Of a stretch of 64,000 bases of DNA, positions 52,801-60,987 are shown one piece after another; positions within the stretch are counted from its first letter, which is position 1; every line of letters starts with the position of its first letter. The position numbers and the translations under genes were made by a program. Location of the stretch: contig CAYOSU010000009.1 in NCBI GenBank assembly GCA_964406735.1, positions 4,491 to 68,490 of the forward strand, in the 5' to 3' direction. Under the pieces are notes generated by a model, which was not told the DNA's origin, searched no databases, and saw only the letters and a list, made by a program, of their open reading frames with translations. The stretch is from an uncultured Clostridia bacterium. Lineage in GTDB: Bacteria; Bacillota; Clostridia; Christensenellales; CAMQZB01.

Positions 52801-52994
52801 ATCGAGCGGGTCAATACGTGCCCGATGTGCGGCTTACCATTCGCTGTCGGCGGTCCGTCGTAAAACGTGAAGGTCTCTGCCTTTTTGTTGCATTCCTCGA
52901 CGGTCTGTTCGAATATCTTGTTCTCTTTCCAGAATTTCAGGACCTCTGCCTCGTTCTCTACGAAGTTGAGCCCCGTTTCAACTTTTTTGTACAT
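49866..52994 (-). CDS. ileS: isoleucine--tRNA ligase, long (type 2-like) form
   Basis: Start MYKKVETG at 52994 (AAAGGAG SD). HIGH motif GKPHIGH and KMSKH. Editing-domain Zn knuckles. About 1042 aa. Confidence 0.93.
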   Translation of the reverse strand: MYKKVETGLNFVENEAEVLKFWKENKIFEQTVEECNKKAETFTFYDGPPTANGKPHIGHVLTRSIKDIIPRYKVMQGYNVQRKAGWDTHGLPVELEVEKILGMDGKKDIEKYGIEPFIKKCKESVWKYKGEWEKMSDEVGFWADMENPYITYDDNYIESVWWAFSEIYKKGLLYDGYKVVPYCPRCGTALASHEVAQGYKMVKEASIFVKFKVKNEENTYFLAWTTTPWTLPSNVALCMNPDEKYTKILVDGEYFILADELIPSLFEEGTYEKVDVKLGKEYEYTEYEPLFTYANPKKKAYYVVNDGYVTLTDGSGIVHIAPAFGEDDSKVGRKYDLPFVQLIGPNGKFVEGTGEYEGMDAKKADRPIINELKDRGLLFKEVMHEHNYPHCWRCDTPLIYYARNSWFIKMTDVKDDLIRNNNSINWIPKSIGEGRMGNFLENVIDWGVSRERYWGTPLPIWKCPDCGHIHVVSSKAELKELGNIEGDIELHRPYVDNVTFKCPECGGTMSRVPEVADCWFDSGSMPFAQFHYPFENKELFESRFPADFISEAVDQTRGWFYTLLSISTLLFNKAPFKNCIVMGHVNDKNGIKMSKHKGNVISPDEALHTVGADAVRWYFYTSSAPWLPSRYSHDAVAESQRKFMGTLWNTYAFYILYANIDEFDPTKYSLNSLNLTLMDKWIISKLNSLIKKVTELLNVYNITDAGRAITEFTDELSNWYVRRSRERFWGKGMGDDKTAAFYTLYYVLKNLCLVAAPFTPFITESIYQNLVRSVEKDAPKSIHLCEYPIANELLIDVTLEEQMEIAMEIVILGRSSRANANIKNRQPLSKMYYGGRKTEINDDMKSVIEEELNVHEVLPFDNASEFISYEIKPNFKTLGKIYGKNMNAIKEYLMGVQNADEIVNKVRSGEKFSFEVNGTPVEVGEEDLVVTTKNKEGFVAASDNGLTVVLDTALTDELIAEGMIRELVSKIQTMRKDAGFEVVDRIRVGYEAGEKLSKIIESEKESIKRDVLALEVTNTLSGYQASWDINGENVTLSVEVVR

Positions 52995-53226
52995 AAATGC
53001 TCCTTTAAGCATAATACTGCAGTTTATTATCTTAAATATCTTAAACCATTTACGCCCGAAAAGTCAATTGAAAGTGTAGGTTTTGAGTAAGTTATTATCC
53101 GCCTTTCCCCTCTTCGGGGGAAATTTTGCAGTTAGGAGAAGATGGGGAATGAGTGAAGTAAGTGAAAAATCAGTATTCTATATCAAGTTATATATTATCC
53201 ATATATAATAGAGATAAATTAAATCA

Positions 53227-53263
53227 AAAAAAAAAACGAACCCGATATTATCAAGTTCGTTTT
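53227..53263 (-). terminator. rho-independent terminator of the collagen-like gene
   Basis: Minus strand reads AACGAAC...GTTCGTT followed by T11. Confidence 0.7.
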
Positions 53264-53325
53264 GGCGTTTTATTTCTTTTTAGCACTTATCTTTGGTTTT
53301 TGCGTAAAAGCGAAGCTTTCGCTTT

Positions 53326-53889
53326 TTATGCGAGTTTGACTACCGTCATGCCTGCTTCGCCTAAGGTTATGCTTCCTGCAGAACCGTTGACTAAGGTGAG
53401 GGCTGTATCGGCGGTCGTCGTGATTATTACCGAGGCGGCGGCGTTTTGCGCAGTCGTACCCTGCGTGCTCGACGCAGTTGAGTAGGTCGTGCCGCCTGCG
53501 GAAAGGCTTATTTCAAGCGCGGTCGTCGCACTCTCCATCGTGCCGCTTGCGTAGTAATTGACGAGGTACGTCCCCGCAGGAACGGTTACGACGTCGCTGT
53601 TTACCGTTATCGTCGTCGTTGGCGTTGCCGCCGCCTGCGTAAGCGGAAATACGACCGATGCGCCTATCGTGCCTGCGGTCGCCCTTGCGTACAGCGCATC
53701 GGAAAGCCCTGCAGGGCCTTGAGCACCCGTAGCTCCGGTTGCACCGGTCGCTCCCGTCACCCCTGTCAAACCTCTCGGTCCTTGCGGCCCCGGAGGTCCG
53801 GGTGGGCCTTGGATATAGACGGCACGTTCGACCGTCCGTTCACGTGCGTTGCCGCACAGGCAGTTGAAATTACGTCTGAAACATGACAT
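53326..53889 (-). CDS. collagen-like triple-helix repeat protein with BclA-type C-terminal domain (exosporium/spore-surface candidate)
   Basis: AAAGGAGG SD. Cys-rich N-terminus MSCFRRNFNCLCG. 11 G-X-Y triplets GPPGPPGPQGPRGLTGVTGATGATGATGAQGPA. About 115-aa T/A/S-rich beta C-domain. Confidence 0.65.
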   Translation of the reverse strand: MSCFRRNFNCLCGNARERTVERAVYIQGPPGPPGPQGPRGLTGVTGATGATGATGAQGPAGLSDALYARATAGTIGASVVFPLTQAAATPTTTITVNSDVVTVPAGTYLVNYYASGTMESATTALEISLSAGGTTYSTASSTQGTTAQNAAASVIITTTADTALTLVNGSAGSITLGEAGMTVVKLA

Positions 53890-54104
53890 TTTTGCTACCT
53901 CCTTTGCTTAATCCATAGTATGCAAGAAGGTGTGAAGGTGTGAGGAAGAAGGAAAACGCTTTGATGGAAAAACTAAGCCAAAAAAAGTTAAACGGTATTA
54001 CAGAAATCATCCCGAAAAGACGGCAACATCGATGTCGCCGTCTTTTAATATACTCACTATATTCCACCGGGGTATTTCCCATATAGAGCAGGATCTTAAG
54101 TAGA

Positions 54105-54136
54105 CTAAAAGCTGTCCGAGGGTCGGACAGCTTTTA
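54105..54136 (-). terminator. terminator after the second GPH symporter
   Basis: 13-bp stem AAAAGCTGTCCGA/TCGGACAGCTTTT. Confidence 0.65.
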
Positions 54137-54243
54137 GGGAGAAAAGATAAAAAAACCGTTTCAGCAATTACTCGTCGCCTTAGTATTTGCCGGTAGTTTT
54201 TTATTTTAGGAGCAATATCTTGTATTGCTTTTGGGAATGTGCT

Positions 54244-55728
54244 TTATTTACGTTTTTTAAGCGCTTTGGGGTTATAGGCAAGCATCAAAACAAACGCTAC
54301 GGCAAAGGCTATGCCCTCTACCCAGAGGTAGCCGAATGCGTAGGTCGAGCTATCCGTGCCTGCACCAGTTATCGCCATCAGTAGTGCGGTCGCTATCGGG
54401 CCGCATGCGACCGTTATCGAGCTATATATACTCATCGTCAAGCCGTCAGATCTATAACCCATACGAGTCTCTGCACCGTCCAAAACGTCCGATACGAGCG
54501 CGAGCATCAGGTAATTTATCGGCGCAGAGCCGAGCAGTTTCAGCGCAACGCCTATTGCGCACACTACGACGTCGCTTTTTCCGAGCGTCGCAACGAGGTC
54601 GCCCACTATACTCACGATAAAGCCGCAGCAGATGACCGCCTTTTTACCGTATTTATTCGAAAGCGGGACTATTACGAGTACCGAAAGAGTCATCGGGATC
54701 GAGCCTGCAATGCCAAACAGCGTCATCGTCATTCCTGCCGCCGCATTGCCCTCTACGCCCATGAACGACCAAAAGCTCTTATCCATAAGCTCGGAGTAGT
54801 ACGCAAGCCCTGCGTTCTTTACTCCGCCGCCGAGGGTCGACAAAAATATCACTATCAGTGCGATCCACCAGCAAGGGTCTCCCGATACGCCAGAAAGCTG
54901 TTTCTTTATGCTTATAGCGCCTTGACGCTCTCCGTTTTGCGTTGCGGTCTCTTCCGTTATACGCTCACGGGTGAAGTAATATTGCAAAAGCGTGAATGCA
55001 AAGCTGATGAGTGCGACGACGAAAAATATCGTCATGAACGCCTCTCTGCCGACCGCTTTTTCCGCACCGTCGGGGATCATAAAGCCTACCACGAAGGGCA
55101 TTACCAAGCTTCCGACGCCTGCGCCTACCGTCATCGCTATATTAGACGCCGAGGCTAAAACTCCTCTCTTCTCTACGTCTCGCGTCGAAACGGCGATAAG
55201 CGTGCTGTTTGCCGTGCTATACATCGGGTACGCAAATGCGTAGTACAGTACGTACGCAGTGCCCGTCAATATCATCGCAGAAAAAGGCTTTATCTCGCTT
55301 CCGAGTATCATGGGAGAGGCAAAAAGCATGAATGACGTGAACGAAAGCGTTAATGCGCTCAACAATATCCATGGTCTTGCCTTGCCTGCGCTACTTCTCG
55401 TGCGCTCTATTATCTGCCCCGATATAAGGTTGCCGATGACGATTATTATCGCAGAGATCGCAGGGAGAATTGACAGAAAACTCTTGACCGCAAGCGCTTC
55501 GCCCGTCGACGGCGTCGCCAATACGTCAGCAAAGAGGTAATCGGACCAGTATTTTGCTATCCACGTCGAGAGTATGCCTCCCGACAGCAATCCGCCGCAA
55601 GGTCCGAGAAAATAGCCGAAGACGAGCTCTTTAAGCTTGACGTCGGTTGAATTTATCCTCGTCTTGAATATCCTGTTGTCGAGTAACTTTTTGTCCATTT
55701 TGATGCGTTTTTGAGACCTTTGTTCCAC
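54244..55728 (-). CDS. MFS transporter, GPH:cation symporter family (second copy)
   Basis: LKELVFGYFLGPCGGLLSGGILSTWIAKYWSDYLF. About 12 TM. Start ambiguous (GTG 55728 or ATG 55698). Confidence 0.75.
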   Translation of the reverse strand: MEQRSQKRIKMDKKLLDNRIFKTRINSTDVKLKELVFGYFLGPCGGLLSGGILSTWIAKYWSDYLFADVLATPSTGEALAVKSFLSILPAISAIIIVIGNLISGQIIERTRSSAGKARPWILLSALTLSFTSFMLFASPMILGSEIKPFSAMILTGTAYVLYYAFAYPMYSTANSTLIAVSTRDVEKRGVLASASNIAMTVGAGVGSLVMPFVVGFMIPDGAEKAVGREAFMTIFFVVALISFAFTLLQYYFTRERITEETATQNGERQGAISIKKQLSGVSGDPCWWIALIVIFLSTLGGGVKNAGLAYYSELMDKSFWSFMGVEGNAAAGMTMTLFGIAGSIPMTLSVLVIVPLSNKYGKKAVICCGFIVSIVGDLVATLGKSDVVVCAIGVALKLLGSAPINYLMLALVSDVLDGAETRMGYRSDGLTMSIYSSITVACGPIATALLMAITGAGTDSSTYAFGYLWVEGIAFAVAFVLMLAYNPKALKKRK

Positions 55729-55812
55729 TTTATTTCTTATAAATTATATCATCGCATTTTTGTTTTTAGTCGCAATTTCATAAGTGGTTAAGCCTCTTTC
55801 ATAAGCGGTAAA

Positions 55813-55838
55813 AGAAAAAAACGCCCGAAGAGGGGCGC
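55813..55838 (-). terminator. terminator after the AgrC-like kinase gene
   Basis: Short GC stem CGCCC/GGGCG followed by T8 on the minus strand. Confidence 0.5.
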
Positions 55839-55883
55839 TTCTTTCGGACGGTTTTTTATATTTTTTGGTGGTGGGTTTTTTGT

Positions 55884-57197
55884 TCAGGGCTTGGGGAGGG
55901 TTATATCGAGGCAGAACATTTCGCTTTTGATATAGGTCTTCATGACGCCGTTATATTTATCGGCGATATATTTGATGCTCTTCAAGCCGTAGCCGTGGTA
56001 GCCCTGTTCGTCGGGCTTGGTCGTCTCGGGGAAACCGTCCTTGAAAGTCAAGGGCGTCGGGCAGTAGTTTTCTATATGGACGGAGAGGAAGCTTCCTTGG
56101 GTATTGAGCTTTAGGTATATTATCCTCTTCTCCCTATCGACGTGCTTTACCGCCTCTATCGCATTATCGAGCGCATTGCCGAATATCGAGTATATATCGA
56201 GCGTATCCAAGAAATCGAGCTTTTCGCCGTCTGCCATATAATTGAGCGATATCTTGTACTTTTCGCACAGCATCGCCTTACTCGTCAATATTACGTCGAG
56301 CACCTTATTGCCCGTCTTTGCGATGGAGTTATATATCATTATCTGCTCTTCTATATCGTCGAGCGTCGCTTTCTGCTCCTCGGGGGCCATCTCCCTTATC
56401 GCCGCTATCTGGTGCTTTAAGTCGTGGCATTTGATGTTTATCATCTCGACCGTTCTTTTTGAAAGCTCGTAATTTTTGGCTTCCTTTGCCATTATCTGCT
56501 CTAATATCTCTTTTTCTTCCTTTAATTTCGAGCGTTCCTGCATGCCGAAAAGGAGGCACAAGCCCATTACGTCGCATATTATGAACATCGAGCGCATAAG
56601 GGCGGTATCCTGGTTCGTCGGCTCGTTCATATAGAACTGTATGCGGAAGATGATGAATACAGCAACGAGAGCGAGCAGTATCATCGGTATCCTGTCCTCG
56701 CCGAAAAAGCGAAGGCTTTTTATCCTGTCCTTGCATATCCAAAGGGCAAGCAATGCCGTTATTACGTATACGGGGACTTGAACTGCCGCAGTCAACGGAG
56801 TTACGGTAGGATCGGGCGTTACGCCGAGCATTATCGATGCGATAACGCCGCATGAATACGCCATATTCTGGACTAATACCGCCGCAACGGCGCAAAAAAG
56901 CACGTTCCAGAAGCCCGTTTTATACAGCAAAAACATTACGCCGATAGACAGTGCGTACATTATCGCATACTGAAATGACGGAAAAGTCCTTTCCGCAACG
57001 CCTGCAAGAAATGTCGAGACGAAAAGGTACGCTACCGAAAGCACTGCCAAGCGCAATACGTATTTTTTGCGGCGTGGAAGGTACAGTGCAACGACGACCT
57101 CTAAGGCTATTACCTGAAATGCGTATATGAACCACAGAAAATATTTATCCGAAAAAAGCCTTGCGAAAAAGTCGGTGAGAGTTATCGCTGATATCAT
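55884..57197 (-). CDS. sensor histidine kinase, AgrC/HPK10-like (polytopic sensor + GHKL ATPase)
   Basis: 6-7 N-terminal TM. H-box KCHDLKHQIAAI. FGNALDNAIEA and GYHGYGLKSIKYIADKYNG. Confidence 0.85.
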   Translation of the reverse strand: MISAITLTDFFARLFSDKYFLWFIYAFQVIALEVVVALYLPRRKKYVLRLAVLSVAYLFVSTFLAGVAERTFPSFQYAIMYALSIGVMFLLYKTGFWNVLFCAVAAVLVQNMAYSCGVIASIMLGVTPDPTVTPLTAAVQVPVYVITALLALWICKDRIKSLRFFGEDRIPMILLALVAVFIIFRIQFYMNEPTNQDTALMRSMFIICDVMGLCLLFGMQERSKLKEEKEILEQIMAKEAKNYELSKRTVEMINIKCHDLKHQIAAIREMAPEEQKATLDDIEEQIMIYNSIAKTGNKVLDVILTSKAMLCEKYKISLNYMADGEKLDFLDTLDIYSIFGNALDNAIEAVKHVDREKRIIYLKLNTQGSFLSVHIENYCPTPLTFKDGFPETTKPDEQGYHGYGLKSIKYIADKYNGVMKTYIKSEMFCLDITLPKP

Positions 57198-57904
57198 CTT
57201 ACCCTACCTCCGAAATAGTCGTTTAAGGCTATCATAAAGTCCTTTTTCATGCGGCGTGATATCTGTATCTCGTCGCCGCCTATCGTTATCGAGCCCTCTT
57301 TTATTCCCATAACGTGCTTTAAGTTGACAAGGTAGCATCTATTGCAACGGAAAAAGTTGTTCTCTCTCAAGGTCTCCTCTAACTTTCCGAGCTGCCCGAG
57401 CTCTCTGAAAACGCCGTAGGTCGTATGGTATATCAGATAATGCCCGAACACCTCGACGTAGAATATATCGCCAAGCCTTATTCTTCGGGTCTCGCCCTCT
57501 GACTTTACGATGACCTCTTCGTCCCTGTTCTGGTCGAGCTTCAAAACTATTTTATCCATCTGCGTCTTGAAGTCGAAGTAATCTACGGGCTTGACCATGT
57601 AGCCCATCGCATCGACGGCATACCCCTTTACGGCGTATTGCACCATATTGGTAACGAATACCAAGCACACGTTTTTATCAATATTTCTGAGTCTCACAGC
57701 CGCATCGTAGCCGTTCATATGCGGAAGCTCTATATCCATGAAAATTACGTCGTATTTCGGCACGTAGTCGCTTATGAAATCAAGTGCATTGTCGAAAACA
57801 AACGTCGTACTCTTTCTGCCAGTCTCTTTTTCGTAGCGAGCAAGGTACGAAAGTATTAGTTCCGCCGCTTTTTTCTCGTCTTCAATTATCGCAATATTTA
57901 TCAT
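57194..57904 (-). CDS. LytTR/AgrA-family response regulator
   Basis: Start taken at MINIAIIEDE (ATG 57904, GGGAGAG SD). Receiver domain plus LytTR tail FFRCNRCYLVNLKHV. Confidence 0.88.
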   Translation of the reverse strand: MINIAIIEDEKKAAELILSYLARYEKETGRKSTTFVFDNALDFISDYVPKYDVIFMDIELPHMNGYDAAVRLRNIDKNVCLVFVTNMVQYAVKGYAVDAMGYMVKPVDYFDFKTQMDKIVLKLDQNRDEEVIVKSEGETRRIRLGDIFYVEVFGHYLIYHTTYGVFRELGQLGKLEETLRENNFFRCNRCYLVNLKHVMGIKEGSITIGGDEIQISRRMKKDFMIALNDYFGGRVR

Positions 57905-58011
57905 CAATTTCTCTCCCACCCCTTTAATAATAGATATAGCATATTTTTGCTCGTTTTGCAATGGTTTTCGGAAAAATCAATACTCTCTTATATAATTCAC
58001 TTTTTATTCTA

Positions 58012-58052
58012 TAAAAAATATGCACCTTAAAGGTTTATTTTAAGGTGCATAT
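58012..58052 (-). terminator. rho-independent terminator of valS
   Basis: 13-bp stem ATATGCACCTTAA/TTAAGGTGCATAT followed by T6 on the minus strand. Confidence 0.8.
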
Positions 58053-58075
58053 CGCAATTTGCTTAAATTTTCGGC

Positions 58076-60709
58076 TTAGCCGTTATATTTGGCGATCGAT
58101 TGGAGAATGACTGCCATTTTCTGTTCGTTGGCTTCAAGCTTGCCTCTTATCTCCTCTTTGAGCTTTTCGGGCGCTTTGGACATAAAGCCGACGTTATTGA
58201 GCTTATTCGCCGCAAAGTCTATCTCCTTCTGGATCTTTTCCCTCTCTGCATACAGGCGGTTGAGCTCCTTTTCTTTATCGACAAGCTCGCCTGCGTCCAT
58301 GAATACTCTGCCTATTATTCCGGTCGCTACGAAGGAGTCCTTGGGGGCTTCCGTTTCGTCCGAAATAAGCGTTATTCCGTTGCCAAAGCCGAGCTTTTCA
58401 AGGTATACGCTTGCGGATATTACCGTTTCTCTCATCTCGTCGCTTACGGGCAAGACGTAAAGCTTGGAGCGTTTGGACATCGGGACGCCCATTTCCTTTC
58501 TGACGGTCCTTATTGCCCTGATGAGATCCATGACGTTTTCCATCGCTTTGGCTTCGTTTTCGTATTTTACGCCGCCTGTTGGGTAATCCTCGAGCATTAT
58601 GGTCTCGGCATGTCCCGGGAACTCCTGATAGAGCTTTTCGGTTACGAAGGGGATTATCGGGTGCAAAAGCTTCAACGTGCTCTGCATGACGAAGTTGAGT
58701 ACAGCCAAGGTGTTATTCTTCGCTTTCTCGTCATCGCCGTACAAAACGGGCTTGATGAGCTCTATATACCAGTCGCAAAGCTCGCCCCAGGCAAAGTCGT
58801 AAAGCTTTGCTACCGCAACGCCGAGGTCGTAGTTATCGAAGTTAGTGCATACCTCCTCTGCAACCTCAGAAAGTCTTGTTAGCATCCACTTATCGCTGAG
58901 GGAAAGTGCGTCGTAGTCGATATCGCCTATCTCCTTGCCCTCGAAGTTCATGAGCGCAAACCTCGATGCGTTCCATATCTTGTTCATGAAGTTCTTCGAC
59001 GAGTCGAGCTTTTCTTCCAAGAATCTCGAATCCGAGCCCATGGCTACGCCGTTGACAAGGCAGAATCTGAGCGCATCTGCGCCGTATTTTTCTATGACTT
59101 CAATGGGGTCTATGCCGTTGCCGAGAGATTTACTCATCTTTCTGCCCTGAGAGTCCCTTATAAGTCCGTGAATGAGTACGTTCTTGAAAGGCGGTGTCTT
59201 CATCGTGTAAAGTCCGTCGAACATCATTCTCGCTACCCAGAAGAATATTATATCGTAGCCCGTTACGAGTACGTCGGTCGGGTAGAAATACTCCAAGTCC
59301 TCCGTCTTTAACGGCCAGCCGAGCGTTGACATCGGCCAAAGCGCAGACGAGAACCAGGTATCAAGAACGTCTTCGTCCTGCTTCATATGAGTGCATCCGC
59401 ACTTGGGGCACTTCGTAGGAGCATCCGCCGCAACGACCATTTCACCGCATTCCTCGCAGGTGTACGCAGGGATCCTATGTCCCCACCAAAGCTGTCTTGA
59501 AATGCACCAGTCTTTTATGTTATTGAGCCAGGAAAAATATACGTTCTCAAAGCGTTTGGGGATAAAGCTCGTGTCGCCATTCTTGACCGCTTCGAGCGCA
59601 GGCTTTGCAAGCTCGTCCATCTTGACGAACCACTGCTTGCTTACTATCGGCTCGACAGTCGTATGGCAACGGTAGCACGTTCCTACGTTGTGAGCGTGCG
59701 GCTCTTCTTTCTCTAAAAGTCCTTGCTCCTTTAAGTCGGCTATAACAGCCTTTCTGCCCTCTTCTCTCGAAAGTCCCTCGTACTTTGCACCGCAGTTTTC
59801 GTTGAGCGATGCGTCGTCGTTGAGAACTCTCAATACGGGAAGGTTGTGCCTTAATCCTACGTTAAAGTCGTTGGGGTCGTGCGCAGGGGTTATCTTTACG
59901 CAGCCCGTGCCGAACTCCAAGTCAACGTATTCGTCCGCAATGACGGGTATCTCTCTATCCGTCAAGGGGAGCTTGAGCATCTTGCCGACCAAGCCCTTAT
60001 ATCTCTCGTCCTCGGGATTTACCGCAACGGCGGTATCGCCGAAAAGGGTCTCGGGACGGGTCGTAGCAACGGTCAGGCTTCCGCTTCCGTCCGAGAAGGG
60101 GTACTTTATATGCCACAAATACGAAGGCTGTTCCTCGTATTCGACCTCTGCGTCCGAAAGCGCAGTCTTGCACTCCGGGCACCAGTTTATTATCCTCGAG
60201 CCTTGGTAAATGAGTCCGTCGTTATACATCTTGACGAAGACCTCTTTTACCGCACGGGAGAGATTTTCATCCATCGTGAAGGCAAGCCTCGACCAGTCGC
60301 ACGACGAGCCGAGAGTCTTTAACTGCTCGACTATCCTGCCGCCGTATTTCTCCTTCCAGGCAAAGGCACGCTTCATGAACTCGTCTCTGCCTATCATCTC
60401 CTTCGTCAAGCCCTCTTTTGCCATCTGCTCGACGATCTTTACCTCGGTAGCTATCGACGCATGGTCGGTGCCGGGTACCCAAAGCGTGCAGTATCCCCTC
60501 ATCCTCTTGTAACGGATGATAGTATCCTGCAAGGTCTCGTCGTATGCGTGGCCTAAGTGAAGCTGTCCCGTGATGTTCGGTGGGGGCATCATCGTCGTGA
60601 AAGGCTTTTTCGTCTTGTCGATCTTCGGCGTGAAATAGCCCTTTTGCTCCCAATTTTCGTAAAGCTCTTTTTCAAACCCCTGCGGGTTGTAACTTTGTTC
60701 GAGATTCAT
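58076..60709 (-). CDS. valS: valine--tRNA ligase
   Basis: 877 aa. PPPNITGQLHLGH and RKMSKSLGN. C-terminal coiled coil. Confidence 0.96.
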   Translation of the reverse strand: MNLEQSYNPQGFEKELYENWEQKGYFTPKIDKTKKPFTTMMPPPNITGQLHLGHAYDETLQDTIIRYKRMRGYCTLWVPGTDHASIATEVKIVEQMAKEGLTKEMIGRDEFMKRAFAWKEKYGGRIVEQLKTLGSSCDWSRLAFTMDENLSRAVKEVFVKMYNDGLIYQGSRIINWCPECKTALSDAEVEYEEQPSYLWHIKYPFSDGSGSLTVATTRPETLFGDTAVAVNPEDERYKGLVGKMLKLPLTDREIPVIADEYVDLEFGTGCVKITPAHDPNDFNVGLRHNLPVLRVLNDDASLNENCGAKYEGLSREEGRKAVIADLKEQGLLEKEEPHAHNVGTCYRCHTTVEPIVSKQWFVKMDELAKPALEAVKNGDTSFIPKRFENVYFSWLNNIKDWCISRQLWWGHRIPAYTCEECGEMVVAADAPTKCPKCGCTHMKQDEDVLDTWFSSALWPMSTLGWPLKTEDLEYFYPTDVLVTGYDIIFFWVARMMFDGLYTMKTPPFKNVLIHGLIRDSQGRKMSKSLGNGIDPIEVIEKYGADALRFCLVNGVAMGSDSRFLEEKLDSSKNFMNKIWNASRFALMNFEGKEIGDIDYDALSLSDKWMLTRLSEVAEEVCTNFDNYDLGVAVAKLYDFAWGELCDWYIELIKPVLYGDDEKAKNNTLAVLNFVMQSTLKLLHPIIPFVTEKLYQEFPGHAETIMLEDYPTGGVKYENEAKAMENVMDLIRAIRTVRKEMGVPMSKRSKLYVLPVSDEMRETVISASVYLEKLGFGNGITLISDETEAPKDSFVATGIIGRVFMDAGELVDKEKELNRLYAEREKIQKEIDFAANKLNNVGFMSKAPEKLKEEIRGKLEANEQKMAVILQSIAKYNG

Positions 60710-60834
60710 AGTATTTTCCTTGTTGTTTTTTAATTATCTGTTATTTTATCACACTACCCCTATCTTTTGCAAACGAATGCACGGCGTTTGACTCCTTTTA
60801 AGCGTTTTTGCACTCCTTTTGCGCTCGGAAAGGC

Positions 60835-60985
60835 ATGGTGCGATAGCGGCGAAGCCGAGCAATAGCGTTAGCCAAAGCGGAGCAAGCCGAGCGATAACGA
60901 TATCAGCGAGTGGCAAGTTATGACGAGCGATAGCGGTAGCTGATGTGCAAGGCAAGCCAAGCAGTGGCGTATAGTAGTGAATGGC
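60835..60985 (+). repeat. second T-poor AGCG-word array (related to 31581-31930), ending in a module-D-like segment
   Basis: GCGATAGCGGCGAAGCCGAGCAATAGCGTTAGCCAAAGCGGAGCAAGCCGAGCGATAACG...GCGATAGCGGTAGC...GTGGCGTATAGTAGTGAATGGCAGTTATTTTATT. Confidence 0.7.
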
Positions 60986-60987
60986 AG

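Noticed and set aside
53013-53325. T-box leader upstream of ileS (also checked 60710-60987 upstream of valS).
   Set aside because: No T-box consensus (AATTAGGGTGGTACCGCG-like), specifier-loop context or terminator/antiterminator pair was found by eye. A covariance-model scan is needed to be certain.
53870-54082. 70-aa ORF upstream of and overlapping the collagen-like gene start.
   Set aside because: It has no SD and an odd composition, and it overlaps the SD/start of the better-supported gene. The region is more likely the promoter/leader.
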